DNA of 63,869 nt, the filler included, from Lenisia limosa (lineage: Eukaryota; Protista; Breviatea), in the NCBI GenBank assembly GCA_001655205.1. It is 8 parts of 8 records of this genome, joined end to end, with 100 filler letters (N's around TTAATTAATTAA, not from the genome) between each part and the next. Parts side by side here need not be neighbours in the genome. Positions count along the whole stretch, not along the records: positions 1 to 12,620 come from LPNZ01011347.1; positions 12,721 to 36,457 come from LPNZ01005161.1; 6 more parts are not named here. The stretch is one strand, 5' to 3'. Numbering within the stretch: the stretch's first letter is position 1; every line of letters begins with the position of its first letter. Below, in pieces: positions 10,271 to 24,100 of the stretch. The position numbers were made by a program, and so were the translations under genes. Below the pieces are notes generated by a model. That model did no database searches and was not told where the DNA came from. It was given only the letters and a program-made list of their open reading frames with translations.

Positions 10271-12233
10271 ATGGCCGTAACGCCCTTTCTCGGATCTTGG
10301 CTTTTCTTAGCCTTTGTTCCCTCTGTTACCATCTCATATCCCGAGGAAATCGTCTTCTGTTCCCATCTTACACCCTAGGAAACCGGCCGAAAAACGACCA
10401 ATAAGCTCTCCAAGCACCCGACGCTGAAGGACCTCATTTTGGCTACTGATGTCAATATCTGTAGGCTCATGGAGGTGAAGTGTCCCTGATCTTTTTTACC
10501 TCCATGCAAAGGCTTCTCGATATCTAGGAGTACATATTTTATGACGGTCCGAAAAAGACCGTCAAAATATCGATATTTATCGAGGATTTATCGAGAAATT
10601 CAGTCTTTTTTGGGATTGGCCATAATGTATAATTATCTCCAAATGTAACGCTGGAGTGATGGGAGGCGGTGCTGTAGAAGCGACTGGCCTGAGCTTTGTT
10701 TGTTTTNNNNNNNNNNNNNNNNNNNNNNNNNNNNNNNNNNNNNNNNNNNNNNNNNNNNNNNNNNNNNNNNNNNNNNNNNNNNNNNNNNNNNNNNNNNNNN
10801 NNNNNNNNNNNNNNNNNNNNNNNNNNNNNNNNNNNNNNNNNNNNNNNNNNNNNNNNNNNNNNNNNNNNNNNNNNNNNNNNNNNNNNNNNNNNNNNNNNNN
10901 NNNNNNNNNNNGTAACTTTACGCCAATATTCTACATCGAATTACCCTTCGTTTTACTCCCCTTAGCTACGCAAGAGTCCTACCAGAGAGCTCGCGTGGAT
11001 TCCTTTGCCCGCCTTCAAAGATGGTGAGTAAGGCTTGCCTCAGATCCGAAAAGACCGGAAGAATATCGATAGTTTTGGGGGATTTATTGTGTAGGGCTTG
11101 CCTCAGGTCTAGTGTTTCACTTCGGTTCGACAATAACCAGGAAAATATCGATAGTTTTTGAGGATTTCTCGAGAAATGCAGTCGTCTTTTGAACCGAAGT
11201 GAAGCCCTACTTAGGTCCGAAAAAGACCTGAAGAATATCGATAGTTTTCGAGGATTTTTGGAGAAATTCAGGCTCGAAAATTATCGGAAACCTATCGAAA
11301 TATATCAATGATATCGAGAAATTCAGTCTTTTAGGGAACTTAGGGACTATTATATGTGTATAATATCATTATACAATTAGGGCTTCACTTCAAAAAGACT
11401 GAATTTCTCGATAAATCCTCGAAATCTATCGATATTTTCTAGGTCATAATATATGTACGTATAAGTATATACTATATCATATGATATATTGATATATTAC
11501 CTCCTCCCTATGATATACCCCCCCCCAGGACCAATGATGATGCCCCCGGTCTGAACGAACAAGCCTCTGACCTCCTTCAACTCATCAAACAAATCACGTG
11601 GGGTGGGGATAAATCTCTATTGCATATTGGTGAAATTTAACTTTGTAAGTTATGACTTTTGGTGCTGCATTTGACTTCTGGCAAACTTATCTTTTTTTAC
11701 CAATTTAACTTCTTTTGTGTTTTTGGGTAATTTTTGACTTTTTTTTTTGCTCAATTTAACTTTTTTTTGCTCAATTTGAAACCGCAGTGAGCGCGAAGGC
11801 GAGGTGACACNNNNNNNNNNNNNNNNNNNNNNNNNNNNNNNNNNNNNNNNNNNNNNNNNNNNNNNNNNNNNNNNNNNNNNNNNNNNNNNNNNNNNNNNNN
11901 NNNNNNNNNNNNNNNNNNNNNNNNNNNNNNNNNNNNNNNNNTGATTGTGTAATTAATGGGATACTATAATCTAATATTTCTTATAAGCTTGATGGTGTGG
12001 ACGGCTTCGGCCTTTTTTTACATCTCATACCATTTGTACAGTGACCAGGATAAGTCTTGACTGATTTGTTTTGTTATTTCCCAAGGAATATCTGTCAAGA
12101 CTTATCTCAGTCACACTATAACTCTTATTTCCCAGCTCCACGACAAGATAACGAAGGAGTACCATGCAGCAGTGAAGCGTCGCGAAAAACTCCGATACTC
12201 TGTCAAGAAGCAAGAGGACAAAATCAAGAAGGC
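10271..12233 (+). CDS. Partial helical/coiled-coil protein, possibly BAR-like
   Basis: ATG GCC|gtaacg at 10271. Exons ETGRKTTNKLSKHPTLKDLILATDVNICRLME, (A)TQESYQRARVDSFARLQRW, TNDDAPGLNEQASDLLQLIKQIT and LHDKITKEYHAAVKRREKLRYSVKKQEDKIKK with canonical splice sites. The rest is lost in gaps. Confidence 0.5.
10545..10616. mobile_element. MITE family A internal fragment
   Basis: Core ATATCGATATTTATCGAGGATTTATCGAGAAATTCAGTC without termini. Confidence 0.65.
11029..11443. mobile_element. Cluster of about five complete and partial family A MITE copies in one intron
   Basis: Repeated TIR and core segments in mixed orientation. Confidence 0.8.
12039..12117. mobile_element. Tc1/mariner-type MITE (family D)
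   Basis: TA|CAGTGACCAGGATAAGTCTTGAC...GTCAAGACTTATC; TA-flanked. Confidence 0.75.
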
Positions 12234-12620
12234 NNNNNNNNNNNNNNNNNNNNNNNNNNNNNNNNNNNNNNNNNNNNNNNNNNNNNNNNNNNNNNNNNNN
12301 NNNNNNNNNNNNNNNNNNNNNNNNNNNNNNNNNNNNNNNNNNNNNNNNNNNNNNNNNNNNNNNNNNNNNNNNNNNNNNNNNNNNNNNNNNNNNNNNNNNN
12401 NNNNNNNNNGAAGCAATAGTGTGAATCACCGATAAATCCTTGATAAAATGTCGATAGTTGTCACGTCCAACAACTACTTCACAAGTTAAAAGACGCCAAA
12501 AGACCGATAAAATATGCAAATATATATATGATATACTATATGATATATATATATATGGTCAAAACCGCGAACATGATTAAAACCGCGAACAAGCCAAAAA
12601 TCGACATAAATCGCTTCAAT

Positions 12621-12720
12621 NNNNNNNNNNNNNNNNNNNNNNNNNNNNNNNNNNNNNNNNNNNNTTAATTAATTAANNNNNNNNNNNNNNNNNNNNNNNN
12701 NNNNNNNNNNNNNNNNNNNN
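12621..12720. other. Artificial contig linker (44 N + TTAATTAATTAA + 44 N)
   Basis: The 12-mer has stops in all six frames and sits in a fixed 100-nt spacer. Confidence 0.95.
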
Positions 12721-12817
12721 TGTGGACGGGGATATCATTTAGTTGAATATAATGTAGTAGTATATCTTATGTGCATCATCATACTCTGAACCACATAGAC
12801 TATCTTCATAATTTAGG

Positions 12818-14062
12818 CCAATGGGCAAGATTGCAGTATCTCCAGCAGATCTTGAGATTGTCAAAGACTATGGACTTGCTGTAGGCAATGGGCCATGCTT
12901 GGAAAAGCAACAATTGGGCTCTCTGATAATTTCAGGGATTTTCTAAGATCTTTTCATTTAAAGATCTTTTTTCCCATGCTATATGCCCCTCTTTTTTTTA
13001 TAATGTTTCATTATTACCCCCAATGAGAACGTATGATAGTGTCCACACAGCTCTGATAATTCAGGTTGTAGATTGCAGCTGGGCAAGAATTGCTGAAATT
13101 CCATTTGCTAAAATCAGAGGGCCACATGAGCGACTCTGTAAGCGTTCCGACTCTTCCTTTTGCAATAAAAGAAGGCTGCATTTCTTGATATCGCCTCGAT
13201 AAATATCGATTGGACTATTGGTTTTTAGAACAACCGTCAGTATCGCAATCGATATTATGATTATTTTGCTATGATCAATGACAACCACAGTACCCCACCT
13301 TCTCGCTGCTAACCCAGTCAACTACGGCAAGCCCCAAAGGCTGAATTGTGCCGAGGCATTTGCTGCCTGTTTCATGATTGTGAGGGGAGCTTAATTATGA
13401 TCACTTTCAAAATACATATCATATGCATATTACATGTAATTTATTAATATTACGCCCTTTGCTAGTCTTACTATGTGTTATTAGTACTAGTGCTATATGA
13501 TATAGCATACCAAAATTGTCTAATACGAATGAATGAATCCTAGCTCTATTACACTTAAGGTTGGAATGGAAGAGGAAGCGAGAGAGGTGCTTGGAAAATT
13601 CAAATGGGGAGAAGGCTTCTTTACACTGAATAAGTGAGTCCGTTTAACAACAATTTTTGACTCTTTGACCTTTTTGAACCTTGTATTCACAGAAGATGAT
13701 TGTTCACAGTATTTACTGTGCTTTTTTACCAACTCCTTTATTTTATTATTACTTACTCCTCTCAGGAAACTGTTCAAAAGGTACAGGAAATGCGCAGACA
13801 GTACGGAAGTTGTGGAGGAGCAGAACAAATTCATGGCCGAATTGGATGAAGAAATCAGACTCAGGAAGGAGGCTAAAGGTTGGCTATCAGTGCACATTTT
13901 AGTATCCAAATTGAATCGCAATATATGTTATATTCTCATCCCCCAGATGATGATGACCTTCTCTTCGACAATCCAAACCATGTTATTGAGTCGTCAAGTG
14001 ATGAAGAGGAAGAAGAGGAAAGTGACAATGAAGAGGAGGAAGAAGAGGAAGAAGAAAGCTAG
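12818..14062 (+). CDS. TSR3: 18S rRNA aminocarboxypropyltransferase TSR3 (5' part missing upstream of the contig linker)
   Basis: Spliced motifs [15 protein letters not shown]|[43 protein letters not shown] and [14 protein letters not shown]. Acidic C-terminal tail ends in TAG at 14062. Confidence 0.92.
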
Positions 14063-14204
14063 ACCTGAGCTATGGTATTTATTGGTATTGTTTCTTTACT
14101 ATTCTTGATAGATTTTACTCAACCACAAAAATTTGATATATTGAGGGGCTTAAACGCTTAAATAGGGGAGGGGAGGGGGGGTGAAATCAGTAATCAGCAG
14201 TGTG

Positions 14205-17200
14205 CTACAAATCGTCCATCTTGCCAGTGATCTCGTCGTCCGAATACTCATCTAAAAAGGTCAAGATTGCCCTCTCAATACGGTACTCACATTACAGTAT
14301 CCCTCACCATTTTGTATGTCTTTGTTTCCAAGGCAAAATGAAACCCAATACTTCCACAGTATCAATTCTATGTATTCCCTCAACCTTCCCACATTTCTCA
14401 AGCTCGGTAGTTGACACATTTTCTTTTTCTGGACCAGATAAGTTAACGTACATGTAAGTAAGAAGCATGAAGCTTTGTATATTCTGTCTATAAGTTATCG
14501 TGAAGGGGGGGGGGTCCCTAAGAAAACAAGACAGAGAACAGCCCTGAGGAAGCCTGCTCATGATATTATATCAAAAACCCAATAAATTGAATTGGAGCAA
14601 TGATTCTCTTACTTTACACAAAACAACAACATTTCTCGTGAGTTAATTCTGATGTGTGCTAACACTGACTGATACCCCTCCCACTTTGTTCTTCTCTTTC
14701 CGCCGCACATGCCAAAGTTCCGATTGTACCTGGATCATAAGCTCGGCTTGTGTGAGAAATTACACGCGAAGTTACATCCATGTAAACACTGAGTTCTGAA
14801 TAGATGTAATTTCCTGAGATAATGATAATATGAGGTTGTGTCACACTCACCTAAATAGCCTTCATGGCGCAAAAACAAAGCATTCATTGTTTTCTGGAAG
14901 TATTAGATTCAGAAAATGTGTGAGACGGTGGAAAGGGAAAATTCATCATTGCGAAATAATCCTTTTCTTTTTCTTAATATTAAAAAAAACTTGCTAAACA
15001 CCCCTCCCCCCTCCCCACTTTCGACCAGAAATCAATACCGAAAGTGATCTTCTCCATTNNNNNNNNNNNNNNNNNNNNNNNNNNNNNNNNNNGATGGTTG
15101 TGGATGAAGTGCCCCGCAAAGCAAACCTGGGGGGAGGGGGGGTAAAAAACAGTAATTGGAGGGGAGGAGGGGTCAAAAAAATAAAAATAAAAATACATCC
15201 TTCACATCATGCTTCAACACCCCCCTTCCAACATTTTGCGCATTGCATTTCTCGGCAGCCAGGAAGGCAATCTGACTGATATTGTTGGATACCATGGTAA
15301 GCAAAGCGGCAGCAATGTCCGCCTCTCTGGGCAGTTAAAATGTGAATAACGTTTTGAGAATTGGTTCCTTAGGCAAACATTTTGAAAATGATAACCCCAA
15401 ACCATCTGATTCTAATTTAGACGAATTAAATAACTACCACTATTTACCTCCTATTTGAGATCGCTCGCGGTCTACCGTGCTCCTGTGACGGGAGAACTCC
15501 AATTTTACCGAAACTGAAGAGAACTGGTTAGAAGATCATAACACAGGTTAACTCATTGCCACTATCAGCAAGACCATTGGTGTTTCCAACAAAGAACACC
15601 CAACAACCCCTTCTTCAGTAGAGCCACCAATACTACATTTTATAGAATGGTATCTATATAAAACAGAATATTAATAATACAAACTAGTTTTTGAATATTT
15701 GCACCATGCCACGCACCTGGACGCAATGACATTTTCGTTGAGCCCAATGTCCTCAATGGCGCCGCCGTAAATATCGCCCACCAGCATGTCCACAGTGCGG
15801 TGGTCTCCTGGGAGGAGGAGTCAATGATAAAAAAGACGCTAAGCAAGGATATCGTCTGACTACCGCACACTTATATACGTCTTTCATCGGGCCTTTTTTT
15901 TTACACAAACAAGAAATGGGAATTAATACATGCCCATCCCCCCACCATTACAAGAGAGATCCAGCATTTCTTCAAAGTCAGTTACACCAGTCAGCGCTCT
16001 CATGAGCCCGGCAAAGGTACCTGATTGTTAAACTTCCTGTAAACCTCGCATCAGAAGACAAGCTTGGACATACATTCAAGGTTATCAGCCACAGTACCCC
16101 CCAACCTCCGCCGATAGCTGACCCGCCGACACGCTCGTATTGATGGGGACCGTCCACTCGAATGATGGAGACGCCGCTGCCCACAGAACAGAGAATAAAG
16201 GGGTAGGTTGTTGTCGGCTGGATTGTGAGGTGGTGGAAGACAATAGGTTGCAACGAAAAATGGCCAATGGAGGTTCTTCATTTCTGACCAGACTCCCTCT
16301 TAAAACCAGTCTCAAAAGTATATGATATTTCCATATCGATATAGACTAAAAAGCCGAGCGCTTTGCCCTCATACATCAACAGCAACTTTGCGAGCATAGC
16401 CCAGCTTGACATCCGGAGTGAACTCGAAAACCGGGTCTGAGTTGGTAAGTGCCTTGAAATTATGCATACTTATTTGCTCCTGTTATTTATTATTAATATT
16501 ATGGAGGAGTAAATAACTCATAACAAAAGTCTCCACTATGTCTCAATCTTCATGCTCACCTTCAACACAGGTAAGAAGGAAATCTACACCACAGACAAGG
16601 CTCTTCATTTCATCATGCTAAAAGGTTAAGGACCTGAATGACGGAGAGACAAAAATTCGAATTTGATCCATTGCACAGCCGCCAACTTTGATAATCGGCA
16701 TTTTGAGTGCCTCAACAATGAGGTGTTCGAACTTATGAGCCCCGCCGCCGGTGCATTCCACAGACTGCACTGAAGGGTACCAGTCCTGAACCACCACCCA
16801 TCTGGGGGGGGGGGGGNNNNNNNNNNNNNNNNNNNNNNNNNNNNNNNNNNNNNNNNNNNNNNNNNNNNNNNNNNNNNNNNNNNNNNNNNNNNNNNNNNNN
16901 NACAATAAACGGTCTCGAAAAAACAAAACTAAGAAAAATAGAACAAAAATGCTATACCAAATCCAAAAAAGTACCCCCCCCCTAATGGGGTTGAAAACAA
17001 CCAGTTGTTCACAGTAACCTCCCACCCCCACCGTAAAAGGTCACCAATGTTTCGTGTCATAAACTTGGTGAACTTCAAGTGACGGGTAAAGGGTGTTGGA
17101 CCTTTTGTGTAAGGGTATGTATTGCAAAAAACTAAAAAAAAACGTTGAAAATAAATAAACTACGCTTATAAATTATTTGAATGAACGCATGTACTCTTCG

Positions 17201-17690
17201 ATTGATCAACAACACGGCAGTTGTTAGAAATCTCTTGATATATTGATAATGATGGGTACATATGTAAATAATATCATTTCATACATATCCTATCATCATT
17301 AGAAAGAAAAAAAATTTATTTTTCCCCCCGCCAATAACCCCTCAAACCAGGCCCAGTAACGACAACTTTCGCAAGAGAACCGCCGATATCCATCCCCAGA
17401 CGGATTACTGGAGTTTCATACGAGGATCTGAATGATGAGGATAAATAAGCAAAATACAAGTCCCTCTTTCATGCTATATTATCATTCCAATTAACCACTC
17501 AAAGAGATGACAATTCCTAGATCTTTCATATTATCAACACGCCTCACTTTGTGACAATGTCCAAGACATGTTGTGTGTTATGTGTTGCAGGGGGGTGGCT
17601 GGAGGCATAAGGTAGCGGTTTCTCCCCAATAAACGGTCGTAATTCTTCTTCAAATGCCGGTCGCTCAATATTGAGCGGGGAAGAGGACAT
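14205..17690 (-). CDS. PANK: Eukaryotic type II pantothenate kinase (Fumble domain)
   Basis: ATG at 17690. Motifs GMDIGGSLAK, CTGGGAHKF, DEMKSLVCG, YPFILCSVGSGVSI, RVGGSAIGGGTF, VDMLVGDIYGG, ASSFGK, NNISQIA and FLRHEGYLG across about 13 exons. The last one or two exons and the stop position are uncertain. Confidence 0.92.
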
Positions 17691-18045
17691 TGAGGTTGAT
17701 CGGGTCGGGGAAAGAAAGCAGATTCCTCTAGTTTTCCTCTCAATTATTTAGTATTCACAATAATACTAATAAATTATGATAATTACTCAGTGCAAAATGA
17801 TTTTCCGAAAAAAAACAAAACTATTGTGCCCAAAATAAATACAGTGTAGTTTAAAAGTACCCAGAAAAACACAGAATATCACCCAATCTCCTTGAATTAC
17901 TCCAGAAATCACCAATAATTAATGCAGTTTCCATAGTTGCATTGTAGAAGCAGACTTACAAGCTGAGGTTAGCCTAATTGCACGCTTGTCGCCCCTTTCC
18001 TTTCTCACATGCCTATAAATAATTATTTAGCTCAGAACAGTAAAA

Positions 18046-20439
18046 ATGACAAGTCCTCAAAGGCATATTCCCAGCTCTCCGCTTTCGCCCTCGCCCTCTT
18101 CTCCTCCACAGGTTTGTACAGCAAGTGAGTGACATACAGCTGTTCAAGAAAGGTTCGACCATTCTTAGATTCAGATATTGTACTGTCAGCATTCCTCTCA
18201 GATCAGAGTCCTCTTGTTTTTGTTGCTCTCTGGTCCAGCAACATGATGCTCCTCCTTGTCTTCATCGTAATCCAGCAACATATGATACTCCTAATCAGGA
18301 CACCAGTTCACTTGATGGCATCATCTTCCCTTCATGTTCTTGGGATATAGTTGTTCACATAACTTCCTCGGAGTTATTCACATTGACCCTCCAAGTCAGA
18401 TACTAACCCTCCAGAACAAGAAGTTTGGCAGCCCCGCACTCAGCAGGTCCGACTCCATGACTGTAGGCAGGGGGTGGCGATTTGGCTTGTCTAAAGGGTG
18501 GTAAAAACCTCTGTAGTTGGAAATTGACCTTGTATATCGATATAGAATATAGTATATTATATGATATATAATTATATATCTATTATATATGCATATGATA
18601 TAGCTATATTAGCTATATGATATCATATAGTAATATATGATAAATCGTAAGTAGTTTGTTCATAATAATCCAGCTTTTATCACGCGCCTCCGTTTTACTC
18701 CCCCCCTCCAGGAGCTTGATGGAGAGCTGCGTGACCCCGTGACGCCTACGCGACCAGCCAATTTGCGCAGACGCGCATCTTTGGGCCACTCTGGCGCTGC
18801 AGCTATCCAAGCCCACCTAGCATCAAACAAATCTGTAGGGAATCCTGATACGCTTGCTCTGCACTTGGAGAGGGGGGGGGGGNNNNNNNNNNNNNNNNNN
18901 NNNNNNNNNNNNNNNNNNNNNNNNNNNNNNNNNNNNNNNNNNNNNNNNNNNNNNNNNNNNNNNNNTTTTTTTTGTTCTGTTGCTGATCAGGAAACTTGAA
19001 TGGTGGAGTAATAATTCAGCGTTATGAGCTTCCAAACACTCCTCACTTTCTCGTCCACTAATCCTCACTTTCTCGTCCATTAATCCTCACAGAGTCCCTC
19101 ATCATCGCCTGTTATTCCCGAAACCCCAACGAGTAAGCTATCAATAGTATCAGTAGTCGGTTTTTACCATATGCTTTGAGATACCCCCCCCCCCCCNNNN
19201 NNNNNNNNNNNNNNNNNNNNNNNNNNNNNNNNNNNNNNNNNNNNNNNNNNNNNNNNNNNNNNNNNNNNNNNNNNNNNNNNNNNNNNNNNNNNNNNNNNNN
19301 NNNNNNNNNNNNNNNNNNNNNNNNNNNNNNNNNCCCATCTGTGTTTCTACTTTTTTTTTATTCCCTCGCCCTTTTCTCCACAATTATCCATTCTCCATTT
19401 TTTTTTTTTTTTCTCTTACCCCTCAACCTCTTTCAGTCTCCGATGCTGAGATAAAGTCTCTCAACATCGCAAAGAAAGCTGTGGAGGAGTTGGTTGCAAA
19501 CTGGTTTGTGGATGGGATCGGGATACCAAACTCTGAGCAATTCCCTACATGAATGCCCGTGGAATAGGAGGTATTGATTTTCTTGTTATCCAAACATTCT
19601 TATCTTACTTTATCCCCTTAACCCCAGGGCATCCTCCTTCCTTAATAAGGTTCAAGTAGTCAAGTCCGTTACACGCGATAAGCTTTTTATTCACAGTGGG
19701 ACTAAAGCTGCATCTTTGTTTCTAATGTGTAAATTATGGATATTTATCAAAATTTTATCCAAAGAAAACTTTGATGAGACTTTCATCCTTTTGCGAAAGG
19801 CCTTTTCACCGCTTTAGCTTTCACGGTGGTCTTCAGTAAACTCACCCAAGAAACTCCAGTGGCTCCTCTGACGGCGGAATTCGAAGTGGTGGCTGAAGTA
19901 CTCAATGTGGGGGAGGGAGGCTCTTAAGTCCGAAGAAAATGTCCGATATCTTAACATTCATCAGAGGAAGAGTCATATTTTATTATTTTTTATTAATATT
20001 GTTGTTATTGCTCTGTCATATATATGCCATTTTGGGTGCAATGGATTTTTTTTTATTATTATATATCATCATATAATATATTACAGGATCGAAAAGCCCT
20101 GGCTTTTTTTTTGTTGTTTTGTTTCCGTTCCCCCTTTTTTTTTCTCCCGCTCTCCTTGGCTTTCCTCCTCAATAAAGGATTATTTCACATTTGCTATCTC
20201 ACCCCACCAGGATAAGGTTGAACTCCACTATTTCATTGACAAAGTCCGGAGAGAGTCCTCTCAAGCCTTTAGTGAAGCATGGATAATGAAGCAATTGGAT
20301 GTGGGCTCTAAACCTACTATCATGGTCACTTTAGGGAGGAGGTTAATGATACAGTTTACAACTTTACATCGTTCTCTGATCGCTTTAGGCGAAGGATCAC
20401 TGTCAGAGCCTTTTGAAGAAACTTGAAATCAAGTGCTGA
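18046..20439 (+). CDS. Protein with low-complexity N-terminus and C-terminal AKAP28/AKAP14-like domain
   Basis: Phase-consistent 3' exons give AKKAVEELVANWASSFL...FTVVFSKLTQETPVAPLTAEFEV...KVELHYFIDKVRRESSQAFSEAWIMKQLDAKDHC, TGA at 20439. The pattern resembles the AKAP28 domain (W, V.[FW]S..T...P....TA, F.E.W...i..K) from memory; not searched. Confidence 0.55.
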
Positions 20440-21140
20440 AGAAGAAAGAGGAGGGAAATTTTGTGGGTTTTTTTATTATTTTGTTTTGTTAGTGGATATG
20501 TTTCCTCTGTAGTCCCCTATTTAATTCTTCTTTGCAAGATGGTTGTTATTCAGTAAAGGATTTGGAGGAGTGTGCTAAAAAGGAATACTGAAGTGATAAA
20601 CCAAGACGGCTGACAACACTTTTGAAAAGGCATAAAGAGGCAAAAGTGTTAACAAAAAACAACCAGGATTGTTTGCGTTGCGGAACAGGTTGTAAATATA
20701 AACAAGTTTCCTATGCAGATTGAGTGCAGACGATGTTCATATACTATATGTATGTTCTTATGGTTTGGTAGTTTGGTATTTGGCCTACGGAGGTATGGTA
20801 ATTTGTTAATGGTATCCATATGATATGTATTTATTTGTTTCCAACGATTTTTAATGTATATTATTTCTCTTGTCAAAAAGGTTACCCTCGGTGGAATATT
20901 ATTTTCATAGGAATAATGAATGTCCACTCCACCTTTGAGCTAAATAACTTTGAAATAACTCAGTAAAAAGAAGTCACCAAGAAGTAAGGAAATAAGAATA
21001 AATAAAGCAAGCACGATGTCAAACTGATCGTTGGGATCGCACTTCCGAAACTGCCAAATTGGGAATACCAACAGAGAGGCGCCAGATCCCAGAAAAATCC
21101 TGACTTTTAGAAACCCAAATTAGAGCAACACAACTACACA

Positions 21141-24100
21141 ATGCAGGGCCTGTATTGGGGGTTTCAAGCGTTTCTGGGTCTATTATCCATCCTTCTTTGC
21201 TTGTGTATCAGTTACGCAAATGCATCTAGTGAGGGGTGGTTGTGATGCTTCATATGTTTGTGATGATTCCAACTTGTTCAACGCATCATTATTAGTCATT
21301 TTTGATTATTTTATGGTGAATTATGTTAACGCAAGTTTTAATTAACAGGCATAACAGGTGACACCCAAACACAGCCTCACATCATAATCCTCTCGTGGCT
21401 CGTCATTGCAATTGCATATTATTTTTTCTTGATGTCATAATATATGTAATATATGCCGTGAATAGTAATGCCCTCGACAACACAAAAACGTTTCTCATAA
21501 CTCTAGCCCATCTATGTCAGTTGGAGTCAGCCCCAGGGAGCACTGAATGTATAATATTCCCCGTGGTTACATCTGGGACTTTCGATGGGCCATTACCCTC
21601 ATATTCTCTCCCTTCTCCTGTTGTCAAAGTTGTGTTTGCCTTTGATGGAACTCCAGGCGCACTTGTGTATCTGAGTAAGGACAAATAGGAAATGAATTTG
21701 CTTATTGTCCTTGGAACTTAACATTTTAGTGGATCATAGTCTTTATGGATTCGGACAAAATGTCTATTCACGCTTCAACGACGAAGGCGAAGATTGCTAT
21801 TCGGAGTGAGTATAGATTATATGTAGCTGTATGAGCTGTACCAAATAAACAATGGTTAGTTTTTAGATACTTCACTACATTGGCAGTTTGGTGAATTTTT
21901 CTTTGTATATTAATTTATCTCTTTATAGGGGTCCGTTTGCAATAGATCTTGGTCCAGATACGGTGGCAACATTTACATTTGCACTGAGTGACCACTTGGT
22001 GGTTCTTCAAGGTTTGTTCCAGAATATCTACGAATTGTAATATGAATGAGAGTAATTTCAAACCATTTCTGACAAGTGTAGAAGATGGCAACTTGCTACT
22101 GCGGGGACTGAACGTCAATTATCAGGTTTGAAGGCAAGATCAGTTTGGCAGTGTTAATTATTTGTTAGCGGTCAGAATAGTAGGGATGTGATTCTCATAT
22201 ATGTAGTCCTTTGAGTGGAAAAGTATTGATTATTGTATCATAGTTCTACGAATTTTAGTTGCTTTACAATTTAACTTTGTAGAGAACACATCAAGTTCCC
22301 AATAAAGCTCAATTTGTCATTGAGTTATCCGACACAGTAAGTAACCGAAAAAATGAAAATATGATAACACCCTTATAATATGAACATTAATACAGTACAA
22401 TAGTTCCACGACTTTAAATTGCTTGTTAACCTTGACAAGGTGACTTCTTTGAAAGTCCACCACTCTGCGACCTTTTTAGTCACAAGTGAGTCTGGAATAA
22501 ACGATTTTGGGTTCTCTATTTGGTACAGACAATAACTTGCTTGTTTATACTATGAAATCAAATTAAACATTTGGGGTTAGACGTTAAAATACAAATGCGG
22601 GGGGGCGCTTTTATCTGATTGTCAGTGACCCGCTGTTCACTGTTCAGGTACAACCCTGCGCATCACTGGGTTACCAGGTGATGGTATTGGACTCCGTGAA
22701 ACATTTCAACCGTCTATCTTTTTGAACGTAAGGAGTTTGAAATATGCTATATTTTTTTGTGTCAAGTTGTGGTATTGTATTTACGTTTTTAACAATTAGG
22801 TCCTGACCAGTGTTCCAATACCAGGTCCTGAACGGGACTACATAGTCATCATGAGGGATGGTTCCGTTCTAACGTCGTGAGCCAGGATTGTCTAACTGAA
22901 TTATTTTGGACTGATATGAATGCATAGTACATATATATATTTTTGAATATTATCATTTATTATTTTCTAATAGCACTTAGGGAATATGAGGAGATTTATA
23001 GTAGTACCTTCAGTATCACTCAGGGAGGATATGACATCCAAAGAGAGACTATATATTTTTTGACAGGTTGGTTATTGCTCCAATTCGCATATAAAATCTT
23101 TTCATTTTGTGAGTGAATCAGAACTAAAATTTGCAAAATATATTTGTTAAACACAATAAAGATACGATACATAAAATATTGATGGATCATCAATCAAAAA
23201 CTAACCATTCAGCTAATGGAGTGGTTTTTCACTACCAAATGTCTGATGATGAAGACGAACAGACCTTCGATTTCAATGTACCTGTTGTCGATGTATGCAT
23301 TTTGATATTACTTTTTCAAATGACTGACATACCCTAAACTCAAACGTCCAGATGTGCATTCGAGACAACAACAACGTTTTCCTCACAGCTTATGGAGAAA
23401 TATATACATTTGTGACAAATGGTAATGTTCAAGACCACTACTGTTGCACTGAAGCGTTGAAGGAGGTTAGTTGTCAAGCTAGTAAACATGATTTGTTGAT
23501 AATTGGTTGATTTGAAAATTTTCTGGGTCTTAAAATTTTATTCTCCGCAGGAACAAGAGCTATACCAGAAGCTGAAGACTGGTATTGCTGATGCTGCTGG
23601 ATCAAAAAATCAAACAATTTACTTAGGTGATTATTGCTTTTATTTTGATAGTTTTGAGACATTCTGTCAGTTACATTTTAACTTTCTCAAATTTATCAAA
23701 CTTATCACAGTTAATAGTGAATAGTTTGTATGTACTTCTCACCAATTAGCTCCACTCAATGGTGTGGATATCAAGTCCATAGAGGCAATACAAACTGATA
23801 ACTTCCTAATGCCAAATCTTCAGGTTTGAATTGAAAAACAGAAGGTGCAACGTTTTATAAACTGGCACTGGATATTTGATTAACAATGCTCTATTATTAC
23901 AGGAAAACAATGTGTTGTTTTGAAATAATAACATTATTGTTCTTTGATGTTTTTTACAAGTTGATATTACTTATTCTACTGCTAATATACCTTTAGATTT
24001 CTGTTACACACACTGGAAACTTGATTTTGGATCGCCTAGTGTTTCAACTAGAGAATTATGGAAAGTTGTACTACTTCCATGCGACTGGGCAAGAGGCAGA

